A stretch of DNA of 64,000 nucleotides from Narcine bancroftii (Eukaryota). A model generated the notes under the pieces. The model was not told the DNA's origin. It saw only the letters and a list, made by a program, of their open reading frames with translations, and searched no databases. The stretch lies in contig NC_091475.1 of assembly GCF_036971445.1 (NCBI RefSeq), positions 195,052,001 through 195,116,000 on the forward strand, in the 5' to 3' direction. The translations under genes were made by a program, and so were the position numbers. This document shows positions 1-12,173 of the stretch, piece after piece. Position 1 is the stretch's first letter. Each line of letters starts with the position of its first letter.

Positions 1-644
1 GCAAGAATGCTGCTATGGAGCCAGAGTTCAATCTGTCCTTCCACTTCCAACACCCCCCCTCCCCCCCCCCACAAAAAAAGCAATTTATTTGACTCTCTGG
101 AGATAATGGTATCGAATTCAAATGTCACCCACCGTTAAGCCTTGATGCTCCATTTTAAATGACAAGCATCTGTTCCTGCCCAGCTTTCAAGATTATGCAA
201 AGCAAAGGGCGAACAGAACAAAAGGGAGTGTATGGTGGAGGGGGGAAGTAAGCCAAAGATCTGACACTTAAAAGCTACATGTGTAAAATTAGAGAAGGTT
301 TGTTAACAGCAATCTCTGCATCAAAGATGTGCTGATTGCTGGAACATGAGCAAGCCACAAAGACTTGCCTCCCACTTGTAGAAAGTGCCCTCAGGTGATC
401 CACTTACCTTGTATGCTCAGCCAGCTATGGCTGTGAATATTATATCACCTCTGAGGAAAGAAACTAACATTGTTGGAATGCTTGGATTTTCTGCATTTTT
501 ATTTGTAATGCTGAGATAAATTCACCGATCAAATCATAGAATCAGAAACTGATAGATTCACTTCCTGGTAGATTTGGAAAGCTTCAGGACAATTAAATAT
601 TCGAGGCAGCGTGTTCATACTTCCTTTTCCTTCACTTTGTTGGT

Positions 645-2800
645 TCAAGTCGAGTCAAGTTTATTGTCATCTGATTGTACAAGTCTTCTTTCTTTGGCTT
701 GGCTTCGCGGACGAAGATTTATGGAGGGGGTAAAAAGTCCACGTCAGCTGCAGGCTCGTTTGTGGCTGACCAGTCCGATGCGGGACAGGCAGACACGATT
801 GCAGCGGTTGCAAGGGAAAATTGGTTGGTTGGGGTTGGGTGTTGGGTTTTTCCTCCTTTGCCTTTTGTCAGTGAGGTGGGCTCTGCGGTCTTCTTCAAAG
901 GAGGCTGCTGCCCGCCAAACTGTGAGGCGCCAAGATGCACGGTTTGAGGCGTTATCAGCCCACTGGCGGTGGTCAATGTGGCAGGCACCAAGAGATTTCT
1001 TTAGGCAGTCCTTGTACCTTTTCTTTGGTGCACCTCTGTCACGGTGGCCAGTGGAGAGCTCGCCATATAATACGATCTTGGGAAGGCGATGGTCCTCCAT
1101 TCTGGAGACGTGACCCATCCAGCGCAGCTGGATCTTCAGCAGCGTGGACTCGATGCTGTCGACCTCTGCCATCTCGAGTACCTCGACGTTAGGGGTGTGA
1201 GCGCTCCAATGGATGTTGAGGATGGAGCGGAGACAACGCTGGTGGAAGCGTTCTAGGAGCCGTAGGTGGTGCCGGTAGAGGACCCATGATTCGGAGCCGA
1301 ACAGGAGTGTGGGTATGACAACGGCTCTGTATACGCTTATCTTTGTGAGGTTTTTCAGTTGGTTGTTTTTCCAGACTCTTTTGTGTAGTCTTCCAAAGGC
1401 GCTATTTGCCTTGGCGAGTCTGTTGTCTATCTCATTGTCGATCCTTGCATCTGATGAAATGGTGCAGCCGAGATAGGTAAAGTGCAGAGAACAAAACAAA
1501 GGACTCTACATCACCTTTGTTGACCTCACCAAAGCCTTCGACACCGTGAGCAGGAAAGGGCTTTGGCAAATACTAGAGCGCATCGGATGTCCCCCAAAGT
1601 TCCTCAACATGATTATCCAACTGCACGAAAACCAACAAGGTCGGGTCAGATACAGCAATGAGCTCTCTGAACCCTTCTCCATTAACAATGGCGTGAAGCA
1701 AGGCTGTGTTCTCGCACCAACCCTCTTTGCAATCTTCTTCAGCATGATGCTGAACCAAGCCATGTAAGACCCCAACAATGAAGACGCTGTTTACATCCGG
1801 TACCGCACGGATGGCAGTCTCTTCAATCTGAGGCGCCTGCAAGCTCACACCAAGACACAAGAGAAACTTGTCCGTGAACTACTCTTTGCAGATGATGCCG
1901 CTTTAGTTGCCCATTCAGAGCCAGCTCTTCAGCGCTTGACGTCCTGCTTTGCGGAAACTGCCAAAATGTTTGGCCTGGAAGTCAGCCTGAAGAAAACTGA
2001 GGTCCTCCATCAGCCAGCTCCCCACCATGACTACCAGCCCCCCCACATCTCCATCGGGCACACAAAACTCAAAAACGATTGTACAAGTACATCCTGATGA
2101 AACAATGTTCTCCAGTCCTCAGTGCAAAAACATGCAGACGTATAACTAGGCATAGGACACATACAGCCAAACAATACATATTCAGGACAAGTATTTCATC
2201 CATTTAAATGAATAAATATTGTTTTATGAATATGAGAGTGTCGGATGGTCATTTGGTCGTTCAGCGTTCTCATTGCCTGTGGGAAGAAGATGTTCCTCAG
2301 CCTGCCGGTGCTGGATCTGATACTCCTGCATCTCTTCCCCGGTGCGAGCAGTTGAAAAATGCTGTGTGCAAGGTGGAAGGGGGTCCCCAGTGAGTTTGTG
2401 TGCCCTCTTCAGACAACAATCTCGATAGATCACGTTGATGGGAGGGAGGGAGACTCCAGTGATCCTCTCTGCCACTCTTACGGTCCTATGGGTTAACCTC
2501 CAATCCATTTCTCTGCTGCAACTGTACCGCACTGTTATTCTGTCAGCCAGGATGCTCTCGATAGAACTCCTATAGAAGGTTGACCTAATGGTGACTGGTA
2601 GCCTTGCCCATTTCAGTCTTCTCATGAAGTGCAGTCACTATTGCACATTCCTGACAGGGATGGAGAAGTTGAATGTCCATGATGGGTCACTAGTTAAGTG
2701 AACTCCAAGGAACTTGGTGCACTCCACTTTCTTTACTATAATTATGTATAGTGGAGGGTGGTCATCCTGAAGTTCCATGATCATCTCCTTTGTCATTGAT
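645..2800 (-). mobile_element. Rex1/Babar LINE 3' fragment, interrupted by the RTE insertion at 685-2076
   Basis: Rex1-type tail (caagt-ttattgtcat) at ~645-684 resumes at 2089. ORF 2224-2625 (FYRSSIESILAD...) matches the Rex1 ORF C-terminus. Confidence 0.8.
685..2076 (-). mobile_element. RTE-clade LINE, 5'-truncated with 5' inversion (685-1481 minus, ~1480-2076 plus), 12-bp TSD
   Basis: Minus ORF 744-1499 is the RTE C-terminus (YLGCTIS...FPCNRCNRVCLSRIGLVSH). The plus segment encodes the RT core (FVDLTKAFDTVSR, GVKQGCVLAP, LFADD). TSD gattgtacaagt at 673-684 and 2077-2088. Confidence 0.95.
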
Positions 2801-2859
2801 GTATATTGCTCAGGATGTCAGTTGAAATCAACGATCTGAACAGTTCATTTCTGAGGAGA

Positions 2860-3190
2860 GATGAGAGAACCCAGGTCCATTCTCCCTTGAGCAGTGGAGG
2901 TTAAGATGGGGCATGTTTGAGGTAAAATTAGCAGAGTTCCAGTTAGTATAAACTGCAGGGAACTTTTCCCCAAAAATTGATAATTCTATAGGACATATAT
3001 TTAGGGTAAGGGAGAAGAGATTTAAGAAGGGATACAGGGTCTCTCGAATGCACTGCCTGAGAGAATGGTTGAAGATGGGTCACGAACAGGATTTATGAAG
3101 TGTCTGGGTGAACACGAATTGCTTAGTCATAGAAGGCTTTGATTAACAAGGGATTAAGTGCTGGGAATAGTATGGAAGAGTTGATTTACT
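2860..3190 (+). mobile_element. Old CR1 LINE 3' remnant
   Basis: Degenerate similarity to the 3' part of the CR1 at 26900-27300 (ttctcccttgagcagtggaggttaag...). Confidence 0.55.
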
Positions 3191-3200
3191 GTTTTGTAAT

Positions 3201-3637
3201 TCTTTTTTTGGCTTGGCTTCGCGGACGAAGATTTATGAAGAGGTATGTCCATGTCTGCTGCAGGCTCGTTGGTGACTGACAAGTCCGATGCGGGACAGGT
3301 AGGCACGGTTGCAAGGGAAAATTGATGGGTTGGGGTTGGGTGTTGGGTTTTTCCTCCTTTGTCTTTTGTCAGTGAGGTGTGCTCTTCGGTCTTCTTCAAA
3401 GGAGGTTGCTGCCCGCCGAACTGTGAGGCGCCAAGATGCATGGTTGGAGGCGATATCAGCCCACTGGCGGTGGTCAATGTGGCAGGCACCAAGAGATTTC
3501 TTTAAGCAGTCCTTGTACCTCTTCTTTGGTGCACCTCTGTCTCGGTGGCCAGTGGAGAGCTCGCCATATAACACGATCTTGGGAAGGCGATGGTCCTCCA
3601 TTCTGGAGACGTGACTCACCCAGCGCAGTTGGGTTTT
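3201..3637 (-). mobile_element. RTE LINE 3' fragment
   Basis: Highly similar to 685-1130; ORF 3233-3661 is the RTE C-terminus. Confidence 0.92.
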
Positions 3638-3639
3638 AA

Positions 3640-4350
3640 TAATACATAAAAAATATAACATACATAATATGCTTCAACATTCGTCTGCCAGTGTCTTCGG
3701 TTCATTGATTATTTAGGAATCTAATGGCAGCAGGAAGAAACTGTCCTTGTGCCAGTTTCTCGGGTGGTAGCAGAGTGAAGATGGCATGCCCTGGGTGGTG
3801 GGGGTCTTTGAGCATAAAGGCTGCTTTTTTAAGGCACCTCCCTCGGCAACTGGTACTTTGGCTTCCTCATCTGAAGACCACAGTCAGTATGAATGGGAAA
3901 CCGTGTCTCCACCCCACTGATGATCAACACAAGCACACCTCAAGGATGCATGCTTAGCCCACTGCTTTACTCACTCTACACCCAAGACTCTGTGGCGAGG
4001 CACAATTCAAATGGTGTCTGCAAATTCGCCGATGACACCACGGTTGTTGGCAGATTCACAGACAGCAATGAGGAATCGTACACATTGGAAATAGATCAGC
4101 TAATTAAATGGTGTCACAACTATCACTTTTCCCTCAATGTTGGCAAAACCAAGGAGCTGATGTGGACTTTAAAGAGGAAATCAGGAGAACATGAAGCAGT
4201 CCTCATCGAGGGGTCATCAGTGGAAAGAGTCAAGAACTTCAAATTCCCAGGGTGTTAGCATCACTTAGAATCTGTCCTGGGGCCGCAATGTTGTTGCAAT
4301 CATGAAGAAGGCCTGCCAGCGGCTATACTTCGTTGAGTTGAGGCGATGTG
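3640..4350. mobile_element. Rex1/Babar fragments: 3' part on minus (3640-3840) joined to RT part on plus (3835-4350)
   Basis: ORF 3893-4258 has PQGCMLSPLLYSLYT and KFADDTTVVG. The reverse complement of 3700-3840 matches the Rex1 3' region at 44720-44900. Confidence 0.75.
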
Positions 4351-4440
4351 ATAGGCCACCAAAGACTTGAAGATTTCTAATGGTAAACCATGAAGAGCAT
4401 TGAAAAGGCTTTGTTGGGTAATCTTATCTGAAAGATGGCA

Positions 4441-4664
4441 TCTCTCCACTGGCCACCGAGACAGAGGTGCACCAAAGAAGAGGTACAAGGACTGTTTAAA
4501 GATATCTCTTGGTGCCTGCCACATTGACCACCGCCAATGGGCTGATATCGCCTCCAACCGTGCATCTTGGCGCCTCACATTTCGGCGGGCAGCAACCTCC
4601 TTTGAAGAAGACCGCAGAGCACACCTCACCGACAAAAGACAAAGGAGGAAAAACCCAACACCCA
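4441..4664 (+). mobile_element. RTE LINE internal fragment
   Basis: LSTGHRDRGAPKKRYKDCLK...RRKNPTP, near-identical to the other RTE copies. Confidence 0.9.
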
Positions 4665-4894
4665 GATGCAAGATGAGTGCAAGGAACATCAGAAACAGCC
4701 CGACCTCAGTCAGATCATGAGAGGGAAATCACTTCCTGCAGGTGATAGTTGTACTCCAGCAAGTCTGTCTTCCTCCCAGCAGAATGGAGAGGCCTTTGTC
4801 AGATTTGTTGTAGAGTAAATCTGATTTTTTTTTGATCAAAAAAGAATCACTTTTGCTGAGAGATTTTTTTGGTCATATTACAATCCAATTTTTT

Positions 4895-5115
4895 TCTACA
4901 TACAGTAACAGGCCCTTCCAGTGCATGTGGCCAATTACACCCAATTGACCTTTATTGCCAGTACGTTTTAAACAATGGGAGAAAACTAGACCACCCGGAG
5001 GAAACCCACGCAGACATGGTGAGGATGTATAAACTCCTTACAGGCAGAGCTGGATTCGAACCCAGCTTGCTGGCGCTGCGACAGTGTTGAGCTTACTGCT
5101 ACGCTAACCGTTCCC
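4895..5115 (-). mobile_element. tRNA-derived SINE (V-SINE/HE1-like)
   Basis: B-box-like ggttcgaatcc on minus; core tctgcgtgggtttcctccgggtgg; CR1-like 3' end. Confidence 0.75.
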
Positions 5116-6054
5116 ACCTCTCCCCCCCCCCCCCACCCCCGCCACATGGTTAAATAGTCTTATATTTGAAAATTTGGAGTGAATTTTGAATACAAATTGA
5201 GGCCAAGTCTCTGGCAGCCCTTCAAATAAGATGCTGTCATGCAAATTATCAACCCTCCCCAAAAATAACAATGCAAGTAGAGAATTTTTATGATTTTCCT
5301 TTGCATTTCACTATAAACAGAGGATTTGGCACAGTATAAGGGATAATGCTTGAGTATCAGTTCCAGATAACCCAATCTTTGATGGATTACAACTATTAAA
5401 CTGTGAAAATGATGGAGATTGGAAGCAGAACAGCATAAAAGCATTTAGCAGTGATTTTTATAGAATATGGTACATCTTACTTCAGCATAAATCTTTCTTT
5501 GTTTCTATTCAGATCTTGGACACATCCCAAAAATAGAAGTGTCAGTACTTTTTATGGTTCTTTTTTGTTGTTGTTGTTGCTTAATTACAAGCGAAGCTGC
5601 TGCTGTGTTCAAATAGGAGACAAAAACTACCCAGGGTGGCTCACTGACCACTCTGCAATCATTCATCATGATTAAAACCTACAGCAACGGCTGGTCGGTT
5701 GTTTGCACTTCCTTAAAGCTTCCCTTTCATCAATGGATGAAAGCATAGGGGCCAAACAGGAAGGCGACGAACCATTTCCTCTTCATTGAGTGTTCTCTCA
5801 AGCCTTTCTGCCCACGTTAGTCTTTTTCTGAAGGGCACTGTGAGAGAACAATGCTTGTCAGGAAGATTGATTTTCCCGACTGCACTTCATGTATGAGGTT
5901 AAATTACATTTTTGTCACTCTTCAGATAAGTATCGTGGCTTGGACAACGTTGTAAATGGTCTTTAATTACTCAAATATGGTTCCACGTTGACTGCAACTG
6001 TATTAATTTTCTGCCAAAGACTCTCTGTCACTTAATGTGCCTGGGACTAATCTA

Positions 6055-6195
6055 AATTCGTCTGGATGTTCCAGTTTCCTCCCATGCTCCAAAAATGTAT
6101 GAGTCATTAGGTTAATTGGTCACGTGGATGTAAGTGGGCAGCACAGGCAAAGGTGCCAGAAGGGCCGACCACCATGCTGGGTCTCTGAATTAAAT
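6055..6195 (+). mobile_element. SINE fragment, same family
   Basis: tccagtttcctcccat...aggttaattggt...gaagggcc core and tail. Confidence 0.55.
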
Positions 6196-6319
6196 TAAAT
6201 GAGGGAAGTGGTGCTATCCTTGATTAAACGAGTGCAATGAAAAGTGGATGATCAGGAGTAATGCAATAGCGTCCTTGTCACAATCATAGAACATAGAACA
6301 TTACAGCTCAGTACAGTTG

Positions 6320-6570
6320 TGGGTGGCATTGTTAGTGCAGTGGTTACTGCAGTGCCTTTACAGCGCCAGCAATCAGGACTGAGATTCGAATCCCACGCTG
6401 TCTGTTTATACGTTCCCTCCGTGTCTGCGTGGGTTTTCTTCGTGGGCTCCGGATTCCTCCCACTGTTTGGAAAAAAAAACAACCAGGGCTGGGGGTCGAT
6501 CAGTGTAAATGAGGCGGCATGGACTCGTGGGCAAAAATGGCCTGTAACCGGGCATTTTGTCTAAATTTAA
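6320..6570 (+). mobile_element. tRNA-derived SINE
   Basis: tggcattgttagtgcagtgg A-box-like, gattcgaatcc B-box-like, core gtgtctgcgtgggttttc. Confidence 0.8.
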
Positions 6571-6787
6571 AAAAATCCAGCCCCTTCAGCCCACAATGTT
6601 TTGCCGACTCATACGTACCCACCAAAACCCTCCCTATTTCATAACCCTTTATTTTCCTTTCATCCATCTGCCTGTCTAAGAGTCTCTTAAATGTTCCTAT
6701 TGTTCCAGCCTCTACCACCAACCCTGGGAATGCATTCCAGGCCCCCACAACTCTCTGTGCAAAAAATAAACACCCCTGATGTCTCCC

Positions 6788-6973
6788 TGATGCAAAGATT
6801 GAGGTTGAGAAACCAATAGCCTTTTATTCACTGAAGAACAAAGTCACATCCACACTGCTTTACTCAAGGTGGAACAGTCACCTTTATACAGGACCCTGTG
6901 GTATGGGCCACAGGTACAGGTAGCCAATGGATGTGCCCAACCAGGCAAACACATACAACAGTAGTTTACCACA
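6788..6973 (-). mobile_element. Solo LTR (186 bp)
   Basis: TG...CA ends; TATAAA and AATAAA on minus; flanks ctccc/ctcca (5-bp TSD, 1 mismatch). Shares the terminus TGTGGTAAACTAC with 40414. Confidence 0.75.
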
Positions 6974-7669
6974 CTCCACTAAACTCTCCTCCCTTCACTT
7001 TGTACATATGTCCTCTGGTGTTTTCTACTCCCACCCTGGGGAAAAAAAGATGCTTGTAGGCCTCATTTAAGTCACCTTCTTTCCAAATCATTATATGCTG
7101 CCTCATGGTCATCAGTTGAGGAGTCCTCGATGACTGAATATATTATGAATGAATTTCAGATAACATAATACAGGGGAAGTTATGAGGTGCGAGTATGAGT
7201 TTGTTTCTTGGTCAAACTGGCTACTGTGACAACCCAGTATCATGTGATTTGCTCCATCTCAAAGGTGTGGAGGTCTTCTTCAGCTCCAAAGAAATTTTGC
7301 TGATTCCATGGTTGTAGAGTTTGTTTGTTTATGTAGCAGCCCAGATAGTCTATGAGAGAAAGTAGAGGCTGATGGTGTTTGTAGGGTTCTGAGCACGGGA
7401 AGGCCATAGAGAGGCTATGTTTTAGGGAACAGTAGGGGTTGTCTTCTTTCCTCAGGACTATTGTGGAGGCTAGATCTACTGTAAGATAAAATAATTAAAA
7501 CTTATGGAGCACTAGTTAGGCCACCTGTATTCGGTTTCATCTAAATGGGCAGTGAAAAGTGATACATGATCCAACTAGAGAACAAATTCTTTACTGAACT
7601 TAAGAATATAGGAGCAGGGACATGGCACCTGGCTCCTTAAGTTTGTCCTGATCACCACTACCCTAATTC

Positions 7670-7985
7670 TGTCGAAAAATTTGCAGAAGGCACCATTATC
7701 GTGGGCAGGACCTCAATAATGATGAGATGGAGTATAGGAAATAAACAGAAAGTTTGATGGCATGGTGAGGTGGTTACAATGTCAGCAAAACTAAAGAGCT
7801 GATCTTTGACTTTGGAAACGGAGTCTCCCTGAATATATCAAGAGTGTTGAGGTGGTGATAGTGAGGAGCTTGTAGTTCTCAGGAGCATACATCACTGACA
7901 ACCTGCCCTGGTCCAACCACGTTGATGTGATTACCAACAAAGACTACTTTCTTAGAAGCCTGAGGATATTTGGCATGTCCACAAC
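7670..7985 (+). mobile_element. Rex1/Babar RT fragment (decayed)
   Basis: aatgtcagcaaaactaaagagctgatc and ttcttagaagcctgaggatatttggcatgtc match other Rex1 copies. Confidence 0.7.
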
Positions 7986-7989
7986 AAGG

Positions 7990-8235
7990 GGCTCAATGGC
8001 TGAAGGGCCCACACAGGCTGTGGGCAGTTGGTGAATTGCAGTCAAAGGACTGTCAGAAGTTGTGGGCAGGTGGCGACTTGCGGGCGACGTGCAGTTGCGG
8101 AGGCTGCGGGAGTACTGGAGGAAAGCCCACCAACACTGAATGTCTCTGAAGGGACTCTCTCTTGCCCCTCTTTCTCCTATTGTTCGGTTGCGAGGCAATG
8201 CACATGCTGACACTTTGTTTGCCTTATGTCAGAAC
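7990..8235 (+). repeat. Non-coding interspersed repeat (same family as 42587-42980 and 12770-12940)
   Basis: ctggagg...cactgaatgtctctgaagggactctctctt matches the reverse complement of 42690-42740. Confidence 0.6.
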
Positions 8236-8249
8236 ATTAAAAAACAGAG

Positions 8250-8580
8250 CATAGATAGAACATAGAACTTTTCAGCACAGCCCTTTGGCCCACGATGTTG
8301 TAGCAAGCTATGTGAACAGACTCAAAAAAGTCAACTTTCCCCTCCTCTTAACCCTCTGTTTTGCTTTCATCCATGCGCCTGAACACAATATTCCAGAGTT
8401 GTATAGAACTACATTATGTCTCGACTCTGGAACTCAAACCCTGACTAATGAAGCATAGCATAAGCCTTCTTAGCTATCTTATCAATGTGCATGGCGTCCT
8501 TTAGAGATGTAGGGATTTGGACACCAAGTACCTCTGTTTTTCCACACAGTTAAGAGTCCTTCCATTAACCATATACTCTG
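8250..8580 (-). mobile_element. CR1 3' fragment with internal deletions
   Basis: atagaacatagaac tail; ggcccacgatgttgt; CR1 RT C-terminal remnants. Confidence 0.7.
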
Positions 8581-9154
8581 CCCATCACTTCCCCTGACAG
8601 TAATATTCCAGGCACCTACCACTGTCTGCGTAAAGAATTTGACGCATGAATCTCCTTTAAACATTCCCCTCTCACCTTAAATCAACATACGACCCCACCC
8701 TCTATAGTTGCCATTTCCAAACTCCCACTCTGACTATCGACCCTTTCTATGCCTCACGTTATTTTATATACTTCTTTTGGGTCCTTTTTCTCTAGACATA
8801 CAGCGTGATAGCAGGACCTTCCAGGCCATGAACCCGTGCCGTCCAATTACACCCAATTGACCGACAACCCCTGTAGCTTTTTGAAGGGTTGGAGGCAGTA
8901 GGAGCACCGGGAGGAACCCAACAAAGACATGGAAGAAGTTACAAAGTCCTTACAGACACTGCCAGATTCCAACCCAGGTCGCTGGCTTTGTAACAGTGTT
9001 GCTCTAATTGCTACAACCATCCGTGCCACTCTTTAGCCTCCAACTCTCCAGAATAAACAATCCAAGTTTGTCCAATCTCTTCTTCTAACTAAAACTCGCT
9101 GATCGAGGCAACATCAAGTTCAAGCTTATTTGTCATCCAATTGCTCCAGTAGAA
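8581..9154 (-). repeat. Left arm of an inverted duplication (copy of 11622-12173)
   Basis: Near-identical reverse complement that includes the Rex1-tail/CR1 and CR1/SINE junctions. Confidence 0.92.
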
Positions 9155-9359
9155 AATTGGATTTGAGGTCAAGTTTCACCTTCCAAAATGCATAACTTCG
9201 TACAATAGCTGAAGTATATCATGTATATTACATTTTGATGTGTTATTATGTGACAAAAAGAGAACCTTTGAACTTTTGATGGTCTTTTACCAATTTTTAA
9301 AGATTCACCAAAGGAAGAATCCTCTCTAGGTGCATCACAGCTTAGATCAGGGACTTCTC

Positions 9360-9590
9360 TGCACAAGACTGCAACTTCTCTCTCTCCCTTTGACTAACAT
9401 CTGCCAATCTTCTGCTCTTGTCCGTCATGCTCTGCTACTCCCTGGTTCACCAATCCTTTGCAAGGTCCTATCCTGCTCCTCCCTCTTATCCAGTGGACTT
9501 CTCTCGTTGCATTCCCAGTCTGAAACCATTCCTCCAGCAGGTAGTCTTTAGCTTTAGATTCCAGCATCTGCAGTATCCTGTGTATCTACA
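9360..9590 (+). mobile_element. Penelope-like element 3' remnant
   Basis: Pyrimidine-rich tract ending ttcctccagca...ttagattccagcatctgcag, as at 46700-47090 and 50620-50890. Confidence 0.55.
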
Positions 9591-11109
9591 GGAAATTTCT
9601 TGTCTTTTGGTTCAGAACCAATAAAAATATGCACAGTTGAGGATGGATTTGTTTTGAGGAGCTGTGTAGATTAACATTCACTACTGTTGATTTCATGAGG
9701 TTAGAATTTGTAAACATTTATTTTCTTGCCAGTCTAAATCTTCATGCAGAAGCAAGATGGCGGCACAGCTGGAACCGCTGTAACAACAATGCTGCCGTTG
9801 GTACGGATCCACGGGGAGCAAAGGAGGGGAGATACACCATAGCGTCTAGTTGCCCAGTCGACTGCCGTCGGCTCTGCATGGACTTTGAATGGCCTGTTGT
9901 GGGAGCTGACAGTGGTTTTAGTTGAAATCTTGTGACTCCAAGTCTGCAGCCAAGATAATAAAATAAAATTTAAAAAAAATAAAAGGTCTGTCAGCATCAC
10001 GACTGGGCAGTAGTCCCCCACGGAGCAGTGCTGTGTCTCTGATCCTCGCTCTCCTGGGTTCGCACCAGCGTCAACGCTGCGATTACAGCAACATCTCCAC
10101 GTCCCACCCAGATTCTATCTCCCACTTACACATTAAAGGATATTAACAGTGTCCAATTAATCTGCCACTTTTGGGATTTGGGAGAAAACCGGAGCACTGA
10201 AAGTCAATCCACATTCACAAAGGCAGAACATGCAAACTGCATAGAGACAGCATCTGGAGTCAGGCATGATCCTGGCTCTCTGGCCCTTTGAAGTAAGTAG
10301 TGGTCCTATCAGCTATCACTTGCTACTCAAAGTGCAAAATTCAATTAGCAATTGCCTTTGTAGAGTTTGCTAAAAAAGGATATTAGCAGTTCAAGAAGGT
10401 GGACAATTTTCACTTTCTCAACCTTTCCAGCAATACTCGTATCCTATGTATGATTTTTTTTAAAAATGCACTAAAAGTCCCTTGTGTAAATTACTGTAAC
10501 AATAACACTTAGCAGTTAATGATTTCATGTTTGAAAATCACCAGTTGTATGCATGACACCTGTCTCAGCTGGTAAGATGGAAGAGGGGTTCAGCTGACTC
10601 CCAAGATAGCATCCTTCCAGTCATAAAGTTTTGCCAATTTATCGTCCTTCTCATGCGCAAGTTTGCCATTATTTGGCCATATGCAGGGGAGGTCATGTCT
10701 TACAAACTTGAATGAGTTTTTAGGAGGTGACAAAGATAATTAATGGGGATAGGATGGTGAGTATTGTCTCGACAGACTTCGGCAATACCTTCAACATGGT
10801 GGTCTGATCCAGAAAATTAAGGCACATGGGGTCCACAGTGACTTGGTAGATTGGATTCAAAGTAGATTGGCCACAGAAGAAAGAGGATAGCGGCGAACAG
10901 ATGTTATTTTGACTGGAGGTCTTCGACCAATGCTGTTCCACAGTCATGATGCTGGAATCTCTGTTGCCTGTGGGCTGATTAGCACGTTTGCAGACAACAC
11001 AAAAATTGGCAGTGTTGTACTTACTTTTGATTAGGTCACGTTTGTGTGCTTTTTCCACATTGCAGAAGGGATGTGGAGATTTTGGAGAGGATGAAGCGGA
11101 GGTTCATGA

Positions 11110-11661
11110 AGATACTATCAACTTTCTTCAGGAGCTCTATCAAGAGCTTCCTGGTGGCTACATCACACTGTGGCATGATCGCAGTAGAGAATTGGATTGG
11201 AGGTCAATCCACAGGACCATAAAAGCTACAGAGAGGCTTACTAGGGACTCCCTGGCCCCCCACCCCCGGCCCACCACACCCAATGTGATGTGATTTACTG
11301 GGGTCGTTGTATAAAGAGAGCTCATTAAATCTGTGAGAATCCTTACTACCACGCAAACAGCATCTTCCAGCTTACCCTGTTGTGAAAGGGATACAAAAGT
11401 TTTAGAGCCAGAATCACCTGGCTGAGAAGCAGCTTCTTCCCACGGGCAGTGAGACTGCTGAATGACAAATGGACTGCTAAAACAACTCTCTGAAACCACT
11501 ATTTATTAATAATATTTATTTTAAATATATATATACGTGTACTGTACTTGTTTGCATATGTGCTCTGTACGTGTGTTTGCATTGTTTTGCACTGTGGACT
11601 GAAGAATGCTGTTTCATCAGGTTATACTGGTACAATTGGATGATAAATAAGCTTGAACTTG
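11110..11661 (+). mobile_element. Rex1/Babar 3' fragment
   Basis: Matches the 2224-2625 and 36900-37420 family; tail gataaataagcttgaacttga. Confidence 0.8.
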
Positions 11662-12173
11662 ATGTTGCCTCGATCAGCGAGTTTTAGCTAGAAGAAGAGA
11701 TTGGACAAACTTGGATTGTTTATTCTGGAGAGTTGGAGGCTAAGGTTAGAGCACCACTGTTACAGAGCCAGTGACCTGGGTTGGAATCTGGCAGTGTCTG
11801 TAAGGAGTTTGTAAGTTCTTCCATGTCTTTGTTGGTTTCCTCCCGGTGCTCCTACTGCCTCCCACCCTTCAAAAAAGCTATAGGGGTAGTCGGTCAATTG
11901 GGTGTAATTGAATGGCACGGGTTCATGGGCTGGAAGGTCCTGCTATCACGCTGTATGTCTAGAGAAAAAGGACCCAAAAGAAGTATATAAAATAACGTGA
12001 GGCGTAGAAAGGGTCGATAGTCAGAGTGGGAGTTTGGAAATGGCAACTACAGAGGGTGGGGTCGTATGTAGATTTAAGGTGAGAGGGGAATATTTAAAGG
12101 AGATTCACGCATCAAATTCTTTACGCAGACAGTGGTAGGTGCCTGGAATATTACTGTCAGGGGAAGTGATGGG
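11622..12173 (+). repeat. Right arm (probable source) of the inverted duplication
   Basis: Continuous with the flanking Rex1 and CR1, unlike the left arm. Confidence 0.9.

Larger units (their letters stand above)
6285..7080 (-). mobile_element. CR1 3' fragment carrying a nested SINE (6320-6570) and a solo LTR (6788-6973)
   Basis: (catagaa)2 tail; ORF 6500-6748 (AWNAFPGLVVEAGTIGTFKRLLD) is the CR1 ORF2 C-terminus. Confidence 0.8.

Noticed and set aside
574-1113. 179-aa plus ORF (and similar ORFs at 3309, 45123, 55766) as a repeated novel gene family
   Set aside because: These are antisense shadow frames of the RTE 3' region.
5513-5540. Possible micro-exon after a strong polypyrimidine acceptor
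   Set aside because: The donor (gtcagt) is only moderate, the peptide is too short to assess, and there is no linking evidence.
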